Source: an uncultured Verrucomicrobiae bacterium
Lineage (GTDB): Bacteria; Verrucomicrobiota; Verrucomicrobiia; Chthoniobacterales; JAATET01
Assembly: GCA_963832325.1 (NCBI GenBank)
Contig: CAWHTR010000002.1
Location: 135,821 to 199,820, forward strand
Reading direction: 5' to 3'
DNA: 64,000 nucleotides
Position numbers and translations under genes: made by a program. The notes beneath the pieces are model-generated. The model had not been told where the DNA came from. It saw only the letters and a program-made list of their open reading frames with translations, and ran no database searches. Below, one piece after another: positions 63,901-64,000 of this stretch (position 1 is the stretch's first letter; every line of letters begins with the position of its first letter).

Positions 63901-64000
63901 GGGCGGCGGCGTGCTTGCAATTCTCGCCGACGGGGCAGGAGCATTCATTCCTCCATTTGCCGCCGCGATAGCGCCACTCGGTGTCGTAGAGACCAGTGCC
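60971..64000 (-). CDS. SWIM zinc-finger / SNF2-family helicase (N-terminus runs off the right edge)
   Basis: The frame is open to base 64000. Residues upstream of the track Met read ...WRNECSCPVGENCKHAAALA (SWIM CxCxnCxH). Helicase motifs are DDMGLGKT, DEGQNIKT, LTGTPVEN and QAIDRTHRIGQ. Confidence 0.88.
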   Translation of the reverse strand, partial: GTGLYDTEWRYRGGKWRNECSCPVGENCKHAAALAMAALGESTDAAPPSPPVDEAAAQRLRHEQSVHEWEQKLARSVPPISPTRVPSAVRLRLRLDLPHVRFDASADGVHWRQVTSPEVKAIADDRSSRTFLERDAATSTLLELAIRLSGRAYAFYRSNYALKIERGEDAAFLAAALAHPLTREAVVTADGLPVPIHAEALRWHFAPSEAQPGTHLAARLVAPDGTSAQGGVILPGTPPGLLAVDGFHPLPPPIDRDTSYQTVTMPREVLSRQPRAAAAFLAAGALLPADLTPRVRRVALQPRFEIELEGNPSYQNLLVRLLAIVDDRGLSWCGGSGWRPDGKTLPATDADGTVLDYHTTDADPAVALLAGLGLGFFHGENCWGRQFSKKMTHVLREWAETLPPGLDIRASPELAPFFAPVTRVSFDFQIEEKPNSPDWFDLRVTLSASELELTPAELRELARSGGKLVQLKSGRWIRAEITSDPALEETVRRLGLATPDALNGETLTCHTIQLAAQPIDHLLDERTAARLRARADAITAVPPPPVPPDLRAELRPYQREGFAFLAFLATNGFGGILADDMGLGKTVQGLAWLLWLRSRKENPATFRSLVICPKSVVFNWATERERFAPTLPGQPFIPAATATEALPGLTVANYAQLRLNASWFTAQTWDAVILDEGQNIKTPTAATTRTACSLTAQHRIILTGTPVENRPLDLWSLFHFVQPGLLGSQASFKRIYEAPHAAEPLVRLQARVRHFMLRRTKAQVAPELPARIEEDLQVELDGPQAALYRAELKRARQLALGIETKADLDKSRFNVLQSLLRLRQICCDPRLGASGNARAKPGAKIEQLLEQIEPILSEGHKVLVFSQFVEMLGYIGEALTAHGIEHLQLTGKTNDRQALVDKFQSPDSPPVFLLSLKAAGAGLNLTAASYVILFDPWWNPAVEAQAIDRTHRIGQNKTVIAYRLIARDTIEEKIRALQTAKADVANAIVLEESLAKVLDVDALRYLLAE

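Overview
This is a GC-rich bacterial chromosomal segment (about 63% GC on one hand-counted 60-nt line of a core gene). It carries roughly 60 densely packed protein genes on both strands. I found no rRNA, tRNA, CRISPR array, transposase or integrase. The gene content suggests a PVC-group, Verrucomicrobiota-like organism: two prepilin-type proteins with H-X9-DG-style C-termini, a HemQ-type heme enzyme and many secreted hypotheticals. That assignment is inference only. Housekeeping blocks are: parA (partial)-pyrE; manA, folB and a HAD hydrolase; ferredoxin and hemQ; pqiA-pqiA-multiMCE; RRM protein-miaA-hflX; secA; tolB-pal; ABC-F and carA; a MacAB-type efflux set; jag-yidC-yidD-rnpA-rpmH; sucC-VOC-sucD; a Ser/Thr kinase; a UbiA-like/DUF971/U32/ispA neighbourhood; and a SWIM-SNF2 helicase that runs off the right edge. 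The one clear accessory element is a ~3.1-kb low-GC islet (9638-12796). It holds a divergent m5C DNA methyltransferase, an HTH controller and a 552-aa protein of no family I can assign. I read it as a C-regulated type II restriction-modification system with an undescribed or very divergent nuclease. Other notable points: (1) five genes (a pseudopilin, the controller, a NusG paralogue, tolB and a GT39 glycosyltransferase) are each broken by what looks like a single-nucleotide insertion; (2) a secreted PBP2-like protein has lost all three catalytic motifs; (3) a photolyase-family protein appears domain-permuted; (4) a PqiB/LetB-like protein has six MCE domains; (5) an RRM protein with a long RS/RG-rich extension abuts miaA-hflX, where hfq is absent; (6) a VOC-fold gene is translationally coupled inside sucCD.
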